64,000 nt of DNA from Octopus sinensis (taxonomy: Eukaryota), in NCBI RefSeq assembly GCF_006345805.1, contig NC_043023.1:18724001-18788000 (forward strand), written 5' to 3'. The notes beneath the pieces are model-generated. The model ran no database searches, was not told where the DNA came from, and saw only the letters and a list, made by a program, of their open reading frames with translations. Positions within the stretch are counted from its first letter, which is position 1. Each line of letters starts with the position of its first letter. Positions 53,643-64,000 of this stretch are shown here, piece by piece. A program made the position numbers and the translations under genes.

Positions 53643-53689
53643 TCCTGATGATTTCTTTTGAATGAAACAGTTCTAGTCCTGTAGAAGCT
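53639..53689 (+). ncRNA. Type I hammerhead ribozyme motif, canonical CUGAUGA core
   Basis: agcttc-CTGATGA(53645-51)-tttcttttgaat-GAAA(53664-67)-cagttctagtcct-GTA(53681-83)-gaagct. Confidence 0.82.
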
Positions 53690-54261
53690 CCTTCTATATA
53701 ATAAATTAATTTACTCTGCTATGTATTGAGTACCTTATTTACTGTGGTTAACCCCGACTCAACCCGGGACCTACATATATATATATATATATATATATAG
53801 GCGCAGGAGTGGCTGTGTGGTAAGTAGCTTGCTAACCAACCACATGGTTCGGGGTTCAGTCCCACTGCGTGGCATCTTGGGCAAGTGTCTTCTGCTATAG
53901 CCCCGGGCCGACCAATGCCTTGTGAGTGGATTTGGTAGACAGAAACTGAAAGAAGCCTGTCGTATATATGTATATATATGTATGTGTGTGTGTTTGTGTG
54001 TCTGTGTTTGTCCCCCTAGCATTGCTTGACAACCGATGCTGGTGTGTTTACGTCCCCGTTACTTAGCGGTTTGGCAAAAAGAGACCGATAGAATAAGTAT
54101 GCTCGATTAAAGGCGGTGCTCCAGCATGGCCGCAGTCACATGACTGAAACAAGTAAAAAAAGAGAAAAAGATATATATGTATGTATGTATATATAAGTAT
54201 ATATATATGGATATATATCAGTATATATTTCATTGTGGTTCATATTTGTTTTCTCCTATAG

Positions 54262-54481
54262 GTTGGACTTGTGAAATATAAGTTCTGAGGTTATAAATAA
54301 TAAAAGATAAGTCTAAACCTCATATGATAAGACTTGTTACAAAATTACAGAGAAAAAGATAAAGTTGTGTGGTTTAGCAGAAAAAAATTAGTTGTCACGG
54401 AATCATCATTATGTATTCTAACTAAAGTTCTGATTATTTAAGCATATGGTGACATATGTAAATAGGAGGAATACCTGCCAG
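54262..54481 (+). other. Exon-like non-coding cassette, copy 1 (copy 2 at 59405-59646)
   Basis: tttctcctatag|GTTGG...CCTGCCAG|gtaagt; both splice sites are strong and conserved in both copies. Confidence 0.55.
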
Positions 54482-54594
54482 GTAAGTGACTTGATTTGAG
54501 ATTGTGTTGAAACTAAAACAAATACAGCAGGAAGACAAACGTTAGTCATTCAAAAACACATAAAGACTTAATTTCATTGAAATATTATATATAT

Positions 54595-54928
54595 ATATAT
54601 AAAGCTGAAGTTGTCTGTGTATGGAAGGTTTGGTAGCCTTCAACTAACACTATCTCCTCCGAGACCCTGTGGCACAAGTTGACCAAAATTGAGAGTATGA
54701 TAGAAGAAGGCTTGCTCTTCCTTCCGCAGCAGAAAAATTCAAATCGGACCATGTTAACACCAAAAATTATTTACATCAAAAAGGTAGCTTTTTTCTATGA
54801 AAATCCCTATTTTTTACGATTTTTTGACTGCTGTGTTGCCATTTTTCGGTGTATTTCAAAATCTTTTCAAAAAATTCCAATTCTAAAGGGTCGAAACAAA
54901 CCAGAACAACGTCGGTCGATACTGCTAG
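54595..54928 (+). mobile_element. Solo non-autonomous Helitron with internal deletion
   Basis: tatataaagctgaagttg...gatactgCTAG|T. Confidence 0.78.
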
Positions 54929-55211
54929 TATTATATATTACACGGTGTTAAAATTTTCAGAAAAGTAAATGTTAAATAATGATGATGATGATGATGATGC
55001 TGATGTTAAAACTTATAATGTTTATATTGCCATTATGTGTTTACCTTTTCTACCCTGTTCTACGCAATTCTGTTCTTTTCCACAGTAAGTAACCCAGCAA
55101 TTCCAGAGACTGTCATTTAATTTGGAACCTTTGTTTCTTGGAAACATTTGCTTCTCTTGGAAAACTATTGACACAAGAAATCACAACAGCTTTCAATTCT
55201 AGAACTTCAAA

Positions 55212-55280
55212 ATGCTGATACACACATTTGCCAAAAATTTGCGACAACCACAAAAAACCATTGTTGGAAGACTTGCTAAG
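55212..55280 (+). CDS. MTase paralogue 2, coding exon 1 (MLIHTFAKNLRQPQKTIVGRLAK)
   Basis: One nucleotide difference from 43332-43400; donor GT at 55281. Confidence 0.8.
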
Positions 55281-55284
55281 GTTT

Positions 55285-55339
<55 letters not shown>

Positions 55340-55707
55340 CATTATTTTTTTTTCCTTCTTTCTTCAAATTTTCTTCCGTTTCTCGCTGAGTGTTTTCCAT
55401 ACACCTAGGGCAGAGAAGGGCATTGTATGCATTCCCAGATTACACGCGCAAATTCACAGATAAAATATGTATTTAAAAATTAATGAATAAATAAATTCAT
55501 GGATGGATGTTATTTTTACAGCGATAATGCTCTTCTCAGTACATGAGCCGTTCCAGTTAATAGGATTTTTTGCACTTTCTGTAGGGATGGTAAGCCTGGT
55601 ATCATTTTCAAATAAGTTTCAGTACCTTTTTTTTCATTCCTAGAGATCCTACAATCACTGGTACTGTAGTCACCTTGAGATGCCACATTTTTATTATTAT
55701 CATTATC

Positions 55708-55788
<81 letters not shown>

Positions 55789-57428
55789 TTTTTTTTTTTT
55801 TTTTTCTTCTTCTTTGAAATTTGCTTCCATTTCTTGCCGAGTGTCTTCCCGACTCCTAGGGCAAAGAAACTCATAGCATACATTGGTAGGCCATTAAACC
55901 AAACTCAATAGTTCGTTCATTTAAAAAATTTTTTTTTTTAAGGTTAAATTAAAAATACATGGGCAGTAACAGCTCTCACAGCGACAATGCTCTTCTCAAT
56001 ACATGTGATGTACCAGTTAAGACAATCTTTTGCACTTCTTGCAGGGACGGTAAGTCAGGGATCATTCTCATATAATTTTCGGTTCCCTTCTTGATCATTC
56101 CTAGTGCTCCTACGATCAGTGGTATTGTAACCGCCTTGAGATGCCACATTTTCTCAATTTCAATGAGAAGGTCTTTATATTTTCTGAGCTTGTCAAACTC
56201 TTTCGCCGAGATATTATGATCACAGGGGATGCTCATGTCGATCAATAAGCAAACTTTATTGTTTTTGTCTTTCACAACAATATCTGGTTTATTGGCTTTG
56301 ATTGTTCGGTTTGTATGTACTGGAAAGTCCCACAGAATCGTTACATTTTCTCCTTCAGTTACAGCTTCAGGGTGGTGATTATACCACTTGTCGGCATTTT
56401 TGATATTGTAATGCCGACTTATTAGCCAGTGTAGATATTGGCCAACTCTGTCATGTCTTAATTTATGCTCCACTGGTGCTAAGACTTTACATCCAGAGAT
56501 TAGGTGGTCCACTGTTTCAATCATGTCATTGCAGAATCGGCATTTTGGGTCTGCTCCATTTTTCATTACATTGGCCTGGTAGTTCCGGGTTAATAGGCTT
56601 TGATCTTGAGCAGCTAGGATGAAACCTTCGCTCTCTGCTTTTAGCCCTGAGCTCCGTAGCCACTGATGGGTTTGCTTCTGGTCAACATCAGCTTGTTTGC
56701 TACGGGCCACATATTTGCCGTGCAGAGGTTTCTCCTCCCACCTATCAGCCAATTGCTCGTGCGCTTTTTTCGTTGCCATTATTTTCACCTTCTTTGCAAC
56801 AATAGTTGCCGTACTTCCCTCGGGTTGTTCAGTTTGGGTATCCTACACGAGATCAATAGCAAATTTTTTGCTTTCCTTTATGATAGAATGAAGCTTCTTT
56901 CGTCTCTCGTGATTTTCCACGAGCTTTAGCATCCAGTCATTCGTTATTTCAAGATATTTGGCCAGTCCAATTATGGTTGTTTTGTAAGCTAGTTCAAATT
57001 AGATCAGGCCTCGACCTCCTTGGGCTCTGGGAAGGTAAAGGCGATCTACGTCTGCCTTTGGGTGGTGCATCCTATTACAACTCAGCAGCTTGCGTATTTT
57101 CCTGTCTATATTCTTTACTTCACTCATATTCCAGTTCAACACATTGTAGCTATAAGTAACAACTGGAACTGCTAAGGAATTTATAGCTAACACCTCGTTA
57201 CGTGCATTTAGTTCAGATTTCAGGACTGCACGAACTCTCCTATAACATTCCTTCCTGATCTTCTCTTTCATGCTTGCATGCTGAATACCAGAGCCTTCAT
57301 TTATCCCTAAATATTTGTACGTTTGTTCTTGCTCAAGCTCTCTTATGACTGTGTCAACATCTAACACGACTGAATTTGTGGTCTTCACTTTCCCTTTCTG
57401 GAAAGTGCCAATTATTATATTATTATTA

Positions 57429-57459
<31 letters not shown>

Positions 57460-57485
57460 TATATTATTATTATTATTATATATAC

Positions 57486-57537
<52 letters not shown>

Positions 57538-57546
57538 TATATTATT

Positions 57547-57577
<31 letters not shown>

Positions 57578-57578
57578 C

Positions 57579-57609
<31 letters not shown>

Positions 57610-58549
57610 TATATTATTATTATTATTATTATTATTACCATTATTATTATTATTATTATTATTATTGACTGAGAACAGTCAAAATCAAAATCAAACCAAA
57701 TTGAGGTCGATCAACATTAGGGCCCCCGTGCAGGTGACACGTAAAAGCACCATCCGTTCGTAGCCGTTTGCCAGCCCTGTCTGGCCCCCGTGTCGGTGGC
57801 ACGTAAAAGCACCATCCGTTTGTGTTCGTTGCCAGCCTGGCCTGGCCTCCGTGCCGGTGACACGTAAAAGCACCATCCGTTTGTGGCCGTTTGCCAGCTC
57901 TGTCTGGCCCCCGTGCCGGTGACACGTAAAAGCACCATCCGTTCGTGGCCGTTTGCCAGCTCTGTCTGGCCCCCGTGCCGGTGACACGTAAAAGCACCAT
58001 CCGTTCGTGGTCGTTTGCCAGCCCTGTCTGGCCCCGATGTCGGTGACATGTAAAAGCACCATCCGTTCGTGGCCGTTTGCCAGCCCTGTCTGGCCCCCAT
58101 GTCGGTGACATGTAAAAGCACCATCCGTTCGTGTCTGTTGCCAGCCTCGCCTGGCCCCCATGCCGGTGACACGTAAAAGCACCATCCGTTCGTGGCCGTT
58201 TGCCAGCCCTGTCTGGCCCCCGTGTCGGTGGCATGTAAAAGCACCATCCATTCGTGTCCGTTGCCAGCCTCGCCTGGCCCCGTGCCGGTGACACGTAAAA
58301 GCACCATCCGTTCGTGGCCGTTTGCCAGCTCTGTCTGGCACCTATGCGGGTGGCACGTAAAAAGCACCCACTACACTCACGGAGTGGTTGGCGTTAGGAA
58401 GGGCATCCAGCCGTAGAAACACTGCCAGATCTGACTGGGCCTGATGAAGCCTTCCAGCTTCACAGACCCCAGTTGAACCGTCCAACCCATGCTAGCATGG
58501 AGAACGGACGCTAAATGATGATGATGATGATGATGATTATTATTATTTA

Positions 58550-58594
<45 letters not shown>

Positions 58595-58730
58595 TATTAT
58601 TGTTATTATTTATATTATTATTATTATTATTATTACCATTATTATTACCATTATTTTATTATTTTATTATTATTATTATTATTATTATTTATATTATTAT
58701 TATTATTATTATTATTATCATTATTATTAC

Positions 58731-58767
<37 letters not shown>

Positions 58768-58945
58768 TATTATTATATTATTATTTATATTTTTATTATT
58801 ATTATTATTATTACCATTATTATATTTACTATTATTATTATTATTTATATTATTATTATTATATTACCATTATTATTACCATTATTATACCATTATTATT
58901 ATATTATTATTTATATTATTAATATTATTATTATTACCATTATTA

Positions 58946-58977
<32 letters not shown>

Positions 58978-59032
58978 TATTATTATTATTATATTATTAT
59001 TACCATTATTATTATTATTATTATTTATATTA

Positions 59033-59104
<72 letters not shown>

Positions 59105-59139
59105 TATTATTATTACCATTATTTTATTATTATTATTTA

Positions 59140-59192
<53 letters not shown>

Positions 59193-59761
59193 TATGTTTG
59201 ACTTTTGCTTTATGTCTGTACAAGTTGGCTCCAAGTCTCACCAGAGACCTCAAGAGACAACAGGTTGGAAGTTCATGTTGTTGTTATGCCTAGTGTGTCA
59301 TATATTTGGTTGTTGTTTTTCTGTTGTACTGGTGGATGTCTAAAATATTAAAAAATGTTTGTTTTAAACCTTGAGATTACATAGAAAGTATTTTTCTCCT
59401 TTAGGTTGGACTTGTGAACTATAAGTTCTGAGGTTATAAATAATAAAAGATAAGCTGAAACCTCATAAGATAAGACGTTACAAAATTACAGAGAAAAAGA
59501 TAAAGTCGTGTGGTTTAGCAGAAAAAAATTAGTTGTCACGGAATCATCATTATGTATTCTAACTAAAGTTCTGATTATTTAAGCATATGGTGACATGTTG
59601 CTAAATACTGGATCCTTATTATGTAAATAGGACGAATACCTGCCAGGTAAGTGACTTGATTTGAGATTGTGTTAAAACTAAAACAAATACAGCAGGAAGA
59701 CAAACGTTAGTCATTCAAAAACACATAAAGACTTAATTTCATTGATATATATATATATATA

Positions 59762-59797
<36 letters not shown>

Positions 59798-61630
59798 CAT
59801 CATTATTATTATTATTATTGAAGACAGTGAGCTGACAGATTGTTACAACAGTGAACAAACTGCTTAGTGGCTTTTTTTCTGGCCCTTTACATTCTGAGTT
59901 CAAATTCTGCCAAGGTCAACCAAGCTTTTCATCCATTTGGGGTTTATAAAACAAATACCAGTAGAGCACTGGGGGTTGTTGTAATTGACAAACCCCTTCT
60001 CCAAAATTTCACTCAATGTTTGCCTTTCATCTCTTTAGGGTCTATAAAATTATCTGTTTAATACTAGGGTTGATGGACTGAAAACAGCACCTGCCAAAAA
60101 GACAAATGAATCTAGTGTAGGTTCAGCGACTATGTAGGAATAACATGGGCCCTCAGAAATTCTGGGTATTCGTTCGACATGCTGCAAGACCACAGGGAGT
60201 GAGGCACCATTTAGACCTTTTTCAAGTGTGTCTCTAGAATTCCTTTCAAACCCAGATGACATCTGCTCTGATAAGTGACGGTGACTTGGCTAGTGAATCA
60301 TCTGCAAGGGACCACATTATCCCAAAATGTGCATGCATGGAACCAAGGGGCCACATGTGAACTTGTATTCCCACTGAAACTTTGAACATGAATTCTACAC
60401 CTAAACAGCGAATGACAAGTATGGTTTACAAGGCCTTTTTTATCTGACATGCTTGCTCTCCCAGTGGGGGCATTTGTCAAATTTCCTTGGATGTGGTCAG
60501 TATTGGTGAGAGATGTGGTGATTTCATTGGTTGCGGTGAGCTCAACCAACTCCAGGTGAGTATCTTCGCAAGTAAAAGTAAGTAAAAATCTAACATTATT
60601 AATTTCTGAATATTTTTCAGTATTTTATCATAATAAGGAGTAGAAGATTAGAGATATCTGCAGTTGAACATTGTAACATTAAACCTGATTATAATGTTCT
60701 TGAAGTGGGTTTTGGCCCTGGGTTAGGCCTAGAAGCAGCCTATCAGAAGATCAAAGGTAATTCAGATCAAAAACTGTTGTATTAACCCTTTCATTACCAA
60801 CCTGGCTGAAACTGGCTCTGGCTCTGTAGTACAAATGCCTTGTTTTCTTAAGTTCTGAATTAAAATCTTCCACCAAACCTTAGTCACAATTTATGTTCCT
60901 AACACTAGCTTAATGGTAACTAAGTTATTTTACTAAGTTTTTCGTTATATTTAAAATAATTGAAAGAAACACAAAGCATCTCAAAATAAATACGGTAATT
61001 AAAGGGTTAAGGTGTTGATGGTTGAATAGTTGGAAAGTTTGCTTCCCAACCACATGGTTTTAGGTTCAATCCCAATGTTTGGCACTTATATACATGTGTC
61101 TTCTGCTGTAACTTTTGACCAGCCAAAGCCTTGAGAGTGGATTACCAAACAGCCATAACGTATGTGCTCATATATTTTCTTCTTTCAATTTAGGTGGCAA
61201 AGGGAAATTACTTGGCCTTGACTTGTCGCCTTATATGCTGGAAATAGCAGCTAAACGACTGAGTGAAGGCATCAGCAATAAACAAGTGGAACTGCATCTT
61301 GGAAGTGTTATGGAAATGCCATTTGAAACAAATTCCTTTGATCGGATCTTTCACTGCAATTGTTTTTATTTTTGGCCTGATTTTGACAAATGTGTTCAAG
61401 AGCTGTATCGTTGTTTAAAGCCAAACTCATTAATGATAACGACAATTAATTATGAAAAGATAAAATCTGCAAATAAATTAGGTCTAATGAGATATGGCAA
61501 TATTGATGTGGAACATTATATGAATGTTCTTAGCAGGAATAAATTCGAAAATGTAAACATGAAGACTCACAAGTACAAGAGCGAAGAATATCAGGCTATT
61601 TCCGCTTTCACAGGATCAAAAGAACAATAA
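55212..61630 (+). CDS. Class I SAM-dependent methyltransferase, paralogue 2, 213 aa, three coding exons
   Basis: Exons 55212-55280, 60621-60756 and 61194-61630 have the same lengths (69, 136, 437 nt) and phases as paralogue 1. There are 18 amino-acid differences by eye and no stops. Confidence 0.87.
55340..55690 (-). mobile_element. Second, shorter Dong/R4 3' fragment
   Basis: VASQGDYSTS../..LPSLQKVQKILLTGTAHVLRRALSL* plus a related 3' UTR, embedded in (AAT)n. Confidence 0.85.
55790..57410 (-). mobile_element. 5'-truncated Dong/R4-clade non-LTR retrotransposon (RT C-terminus, CCHC, REL endonuclease)
   Basis: ORFs 56999-57388 (YKYLG, RLYLPRAQGGRGL) and 55976-56788 (CRFC..HLISGC, RHD, KPDIVV, LIDMSIP, KY). 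The 3' UTR ends in an A-rich tail and (TAA)n; both ends lie in (AAT)n. Confidence 0.9.
57680..58530 (+). mobile_element. RTE 3' UTR fragment containing about 10 tandem ~61-bp repeats
   Basis: Unit cacgtaaaagcaccatccgttcgtggccgtttgccagccctgtctggcccccgtgccggtga; ends with the RTE 3' module and (GAT)n. Confidence 0.85.
59190..59345 (-). mobile_element. Probable third Dong/R4-type 3' UTR fragment
   Basis: The reverse complement contains ttgaggtctctggtgagacttgg...agtcaaacatag directly followed by (AAT)n. It resembles the terminal hairpin region of the two fragments above; no coding part remains. Confidence 0.45.
60621..60756 (+). CDS. MTase paralogue 2, coding exon 2
   Basis: tttttcag|TAT...AAAG|gtaatt; translates YFIIIRSRRLEISAVEHCNIKPDYNVLEVGFGPGLGLEAAYQKIK. 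Confidence 0.87.
61194..61630 (+). CDS. MTase paralogue 2, coding exon 3
   Basis: ttcaatttag|GT GGC AAA; the 3' part of listed ORF 61115-61630. Confidence 0.9.
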
Positions 61631-61759
61631 TTTAATATCCAATTGCTTTCAATGCTTCTACATTGGTTTACATCTTGCTATAAAGTACAGTTTCGATATA
61701 AATATATATAAAATCTACTTCATAGTCTAAGTGATTAAATTGGGAAAATTGTATCAAGT

Positions 61760-62270
61760 CTAGATACACCCACGGATGCATTTATTAGGCCCATCATCAA
61801 TGTTGTATCCTGGGATCACTGGTGGTTTCAGCTCGTATAGTATACACTCTCATACAGGCTTAGTTTGTTCAATCCTAGGCCTGTTTCCAAGAAGTTATTG
61901 GAACCTTGCTGTATTAACCATTTTGCCTGACCATCCATGACCCATTATAATTATTCGTTAACACACCTGTAACCTATTAATTATGCTTTAATTACTAATT
62001 ATATCACACAGTTTACCATATCCCAAAAAGACCATGGTCTTATTTTTTACAACAGTTCTACTTTATTGTGGAGCAATACGGATTGTTATTGCAGAGCTCC
62101 CATGACTTCCGGAAACAATGATATCTGTTTTCAACAAAGTCTGTGGGACATGTGACGGTAATTGTAGCTGCTTCTCCAGGTCAACTTTCATCTCCCAGTC
62201 CTGTGCTATGGACAGTAAACCATGTGAACTGTTCTTGAGTCTTTCTCCTTAATCACCATCTCTCCTTAGC
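61760..62270 (-). mobile_element. Degenerate HERO-clade (R2 superfamily) LINE 3' fragment
   Basis: GLLSIAQDWEMKVDLEKQLQLPSHVPQTLLKTDII resembles the pre-REL motif of HERO elements. The downstream gaaaccaccagtgatcccaggatacaacattgatgatg resembles the HERO 3' UTR. Both recognised from memory. Confidence 0.55.
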
Positions 62271-62744
62271 AAAGTGATTAATCCATGGAAACTATATATA
62301 TATATTAATTATTATTTGAGGGAATATAAATCCAAACTTACAGGGAAAAAAATTCAATTTAGAAAAACCTAAATCAGATTTCACACAATATAATATATAT
62401 ATATATACAAAATTAGAAAAAAAACACATTTTATCAATTTAAAATGAACAATTAAATTACACCATCTAGAAAATTACATATAATAGAACTATTAAAATAA
62501 CAATAAAATATCAATGATTAAGTAAATTGCAAAAAAAAAATAATAAAAATAAAATAATAAATACTACCAATTATATACGTTATTATTATTTTTTTTGCAA
62601 TTTATTTAATCATTGATATTTTATTGTTATTTTAATTTTAATATTTCTATTATATGTAATTTTCTAGATGGTGTAATTTAATTGTTCATTTTGAATTGAT
62701 AAAAGGTGTTTTTTTTCTAATTTTATATATATATATATATATAT

Positions 62745-62781
<37 letters not shown>

Positions 62782-63477
62782 GTTATGTATATACTATTAG
62801 CATTACCTGTCATATGACAGATAACTTTGGAAGTAGACTTATGCAAAATGGATAATATCAGGAAATATGGCACTCTGGGAATTTTTTTAAATTTGATATT
62901 TATGAAATACATTTCTTGGTGCTTATGCAAAATGATGAAAGGTGTCATTATTTTCAAAAGAAAGATATTTACTTAAAATAAAACTAAATAAAAACTGATT
63001 TGTCATATGTATTTTTGCAATAAATGTTATGATTTTCTATATTTTATCAGGAGAATTTCATAAAATTCTATTTATATTATAGACTAGCGAAGACTGGTTC
63101 CCTTGGTCTGTTTGGATGATGTGGATGTGATCGTTAAGTATAAGCTATAACAGCATTTGTCAACCTTTTCATTTCGTGTCCCCTGTTTCGATTGGAGCCT
63201 CCAGCTGTATGAACATTTCCTGACCCCACCCCGTCAGAGAACAGATTCTAAGCAACTGGTTGTTTTAATGGCAGAAGAAAGAGGGAAATTCCATTAGAAA
63301 AAGTTTTAATTGATTTTCTCGGTAAGTATGGGGGTTAGGAAAAAAATACAAACTGCATTTCAATCTGTGCACCTGTCACCACAGGTGTGCCATTTTTCAC
63401 GCTAATCCATCCAGCCATTTGGCTGTGAACCTCAAGACAAGACAGAATATAACGATCGCCCAAGTCCAATTTATATT

Positions 63478-63890
63478 CATCATCATCATTTAACGTCCGT
63501 TTCCCATGCTAGCATGGGTTGGACAGTTCGACCGGGGATCTGGGAAGCCAGAAGGCGGCACTAGGCCCAGTCTAATCTGGCAGTGCTTCTACAGCTGGAT
63601 GCCCTTCTTAACGCCAACCACTCCGTGAGTGTAGTGGATGCTTCTTATGTGCCAGGCGACGCTGGCAATGGCCACGATTGGATGGTGCTTTTTACGTGCC
63701 ACTGGCACAGAGGCCAGGTGAGGCTGGCAACGGCTACAATCGGATGGTGCTTTTTACGTGCCAGTCGGGGCGGCACTGGCAACGGCCACATTCGGATGGT
63801 TCTCTTACGTGGCACCGGCACTGGTATCACAGCTACAATTTCCATTGATGTTGATCGATTTCGATTTTGATTTTGATTTTGATTTTATTT
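63478..63890 (-). mobile_element. RTE 3' UTR fragment
   Basis: catcatcatttaacgtccgtttcccatgctagcatggg... module, as in the other copies. Confidence 0.8.
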
Positions 63891-64000
63891 TCAACACATC
63901 ACACCTACATATCAGTTTGGGATTTACCTACACAAGTCTGCACTCAACCAACTTTGTTTCCTCATAATTTTCAAAAAAATAGAGATGCCTTTTATTGCAA

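Noticed and set aside
61115-61193. N-terminal extension of listed ORF 61115-61630
   Set aside because: Intronic SINE-derived sequence upstream of the acceptor at 61193; it is not conserved as an open frame in paralogue 1.
61790-61850. GAAAC ... TTGATGA in the HERO-like 3' UTR
   Set aside because: The core is mutated and no consistent stems could be drawn in this copy.
63300-63330. Possible donor CTCG|GTAAGT of a further gene
   Set aside because: A single motif with no supporting ORF or acceptor in the window.

Overview
Repeat-rich animal genomic DNA, very probably Octopus (inferred from the finger-only C2H2 genes and the SINE/RTE repertoire). Genes: two intact-looking multi-C2H2 zinc-finger genes on the + strand (11394-13427 with 22 complete fingers plus one incomplete; about 31491-32951 with 17 fingers), a decayed zinc-finger array on the - strand (about 49415-50170) cut off by a Helitron, and two tandem three-exon paralogues of a 213-aa class I SAM-dependent methyltransferase (43332-47906 and 55212-61630). 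The rest is mostly transposon debris and microsatellite: tRNA-derived SINEs (three families, some as multimers), RTE, CR1, Dong/R4, HERO and Penelope-like retroelement fragments, a mariner relic, hAT, piggyBac and pogo-type MITEs, and two tandem arrays of a non-autonomous Helitron. The most notable unexplained structure is (1) at least six hammerhead-ribozyme motifs in fold-back elements inside (TA)n tracts, including two back-to-back ribozymes forming one ~118-bp palindrome at 53582-53700, and (2) a small TIR element family flanked by long, variable direct repeats (40, ~80, ~62, ~26 and ~9 bp). Most short ORFs in the track are artefacts of microsatellites or repeats. All alignments and counts were made by eye, and repeat boundaries are approximate.
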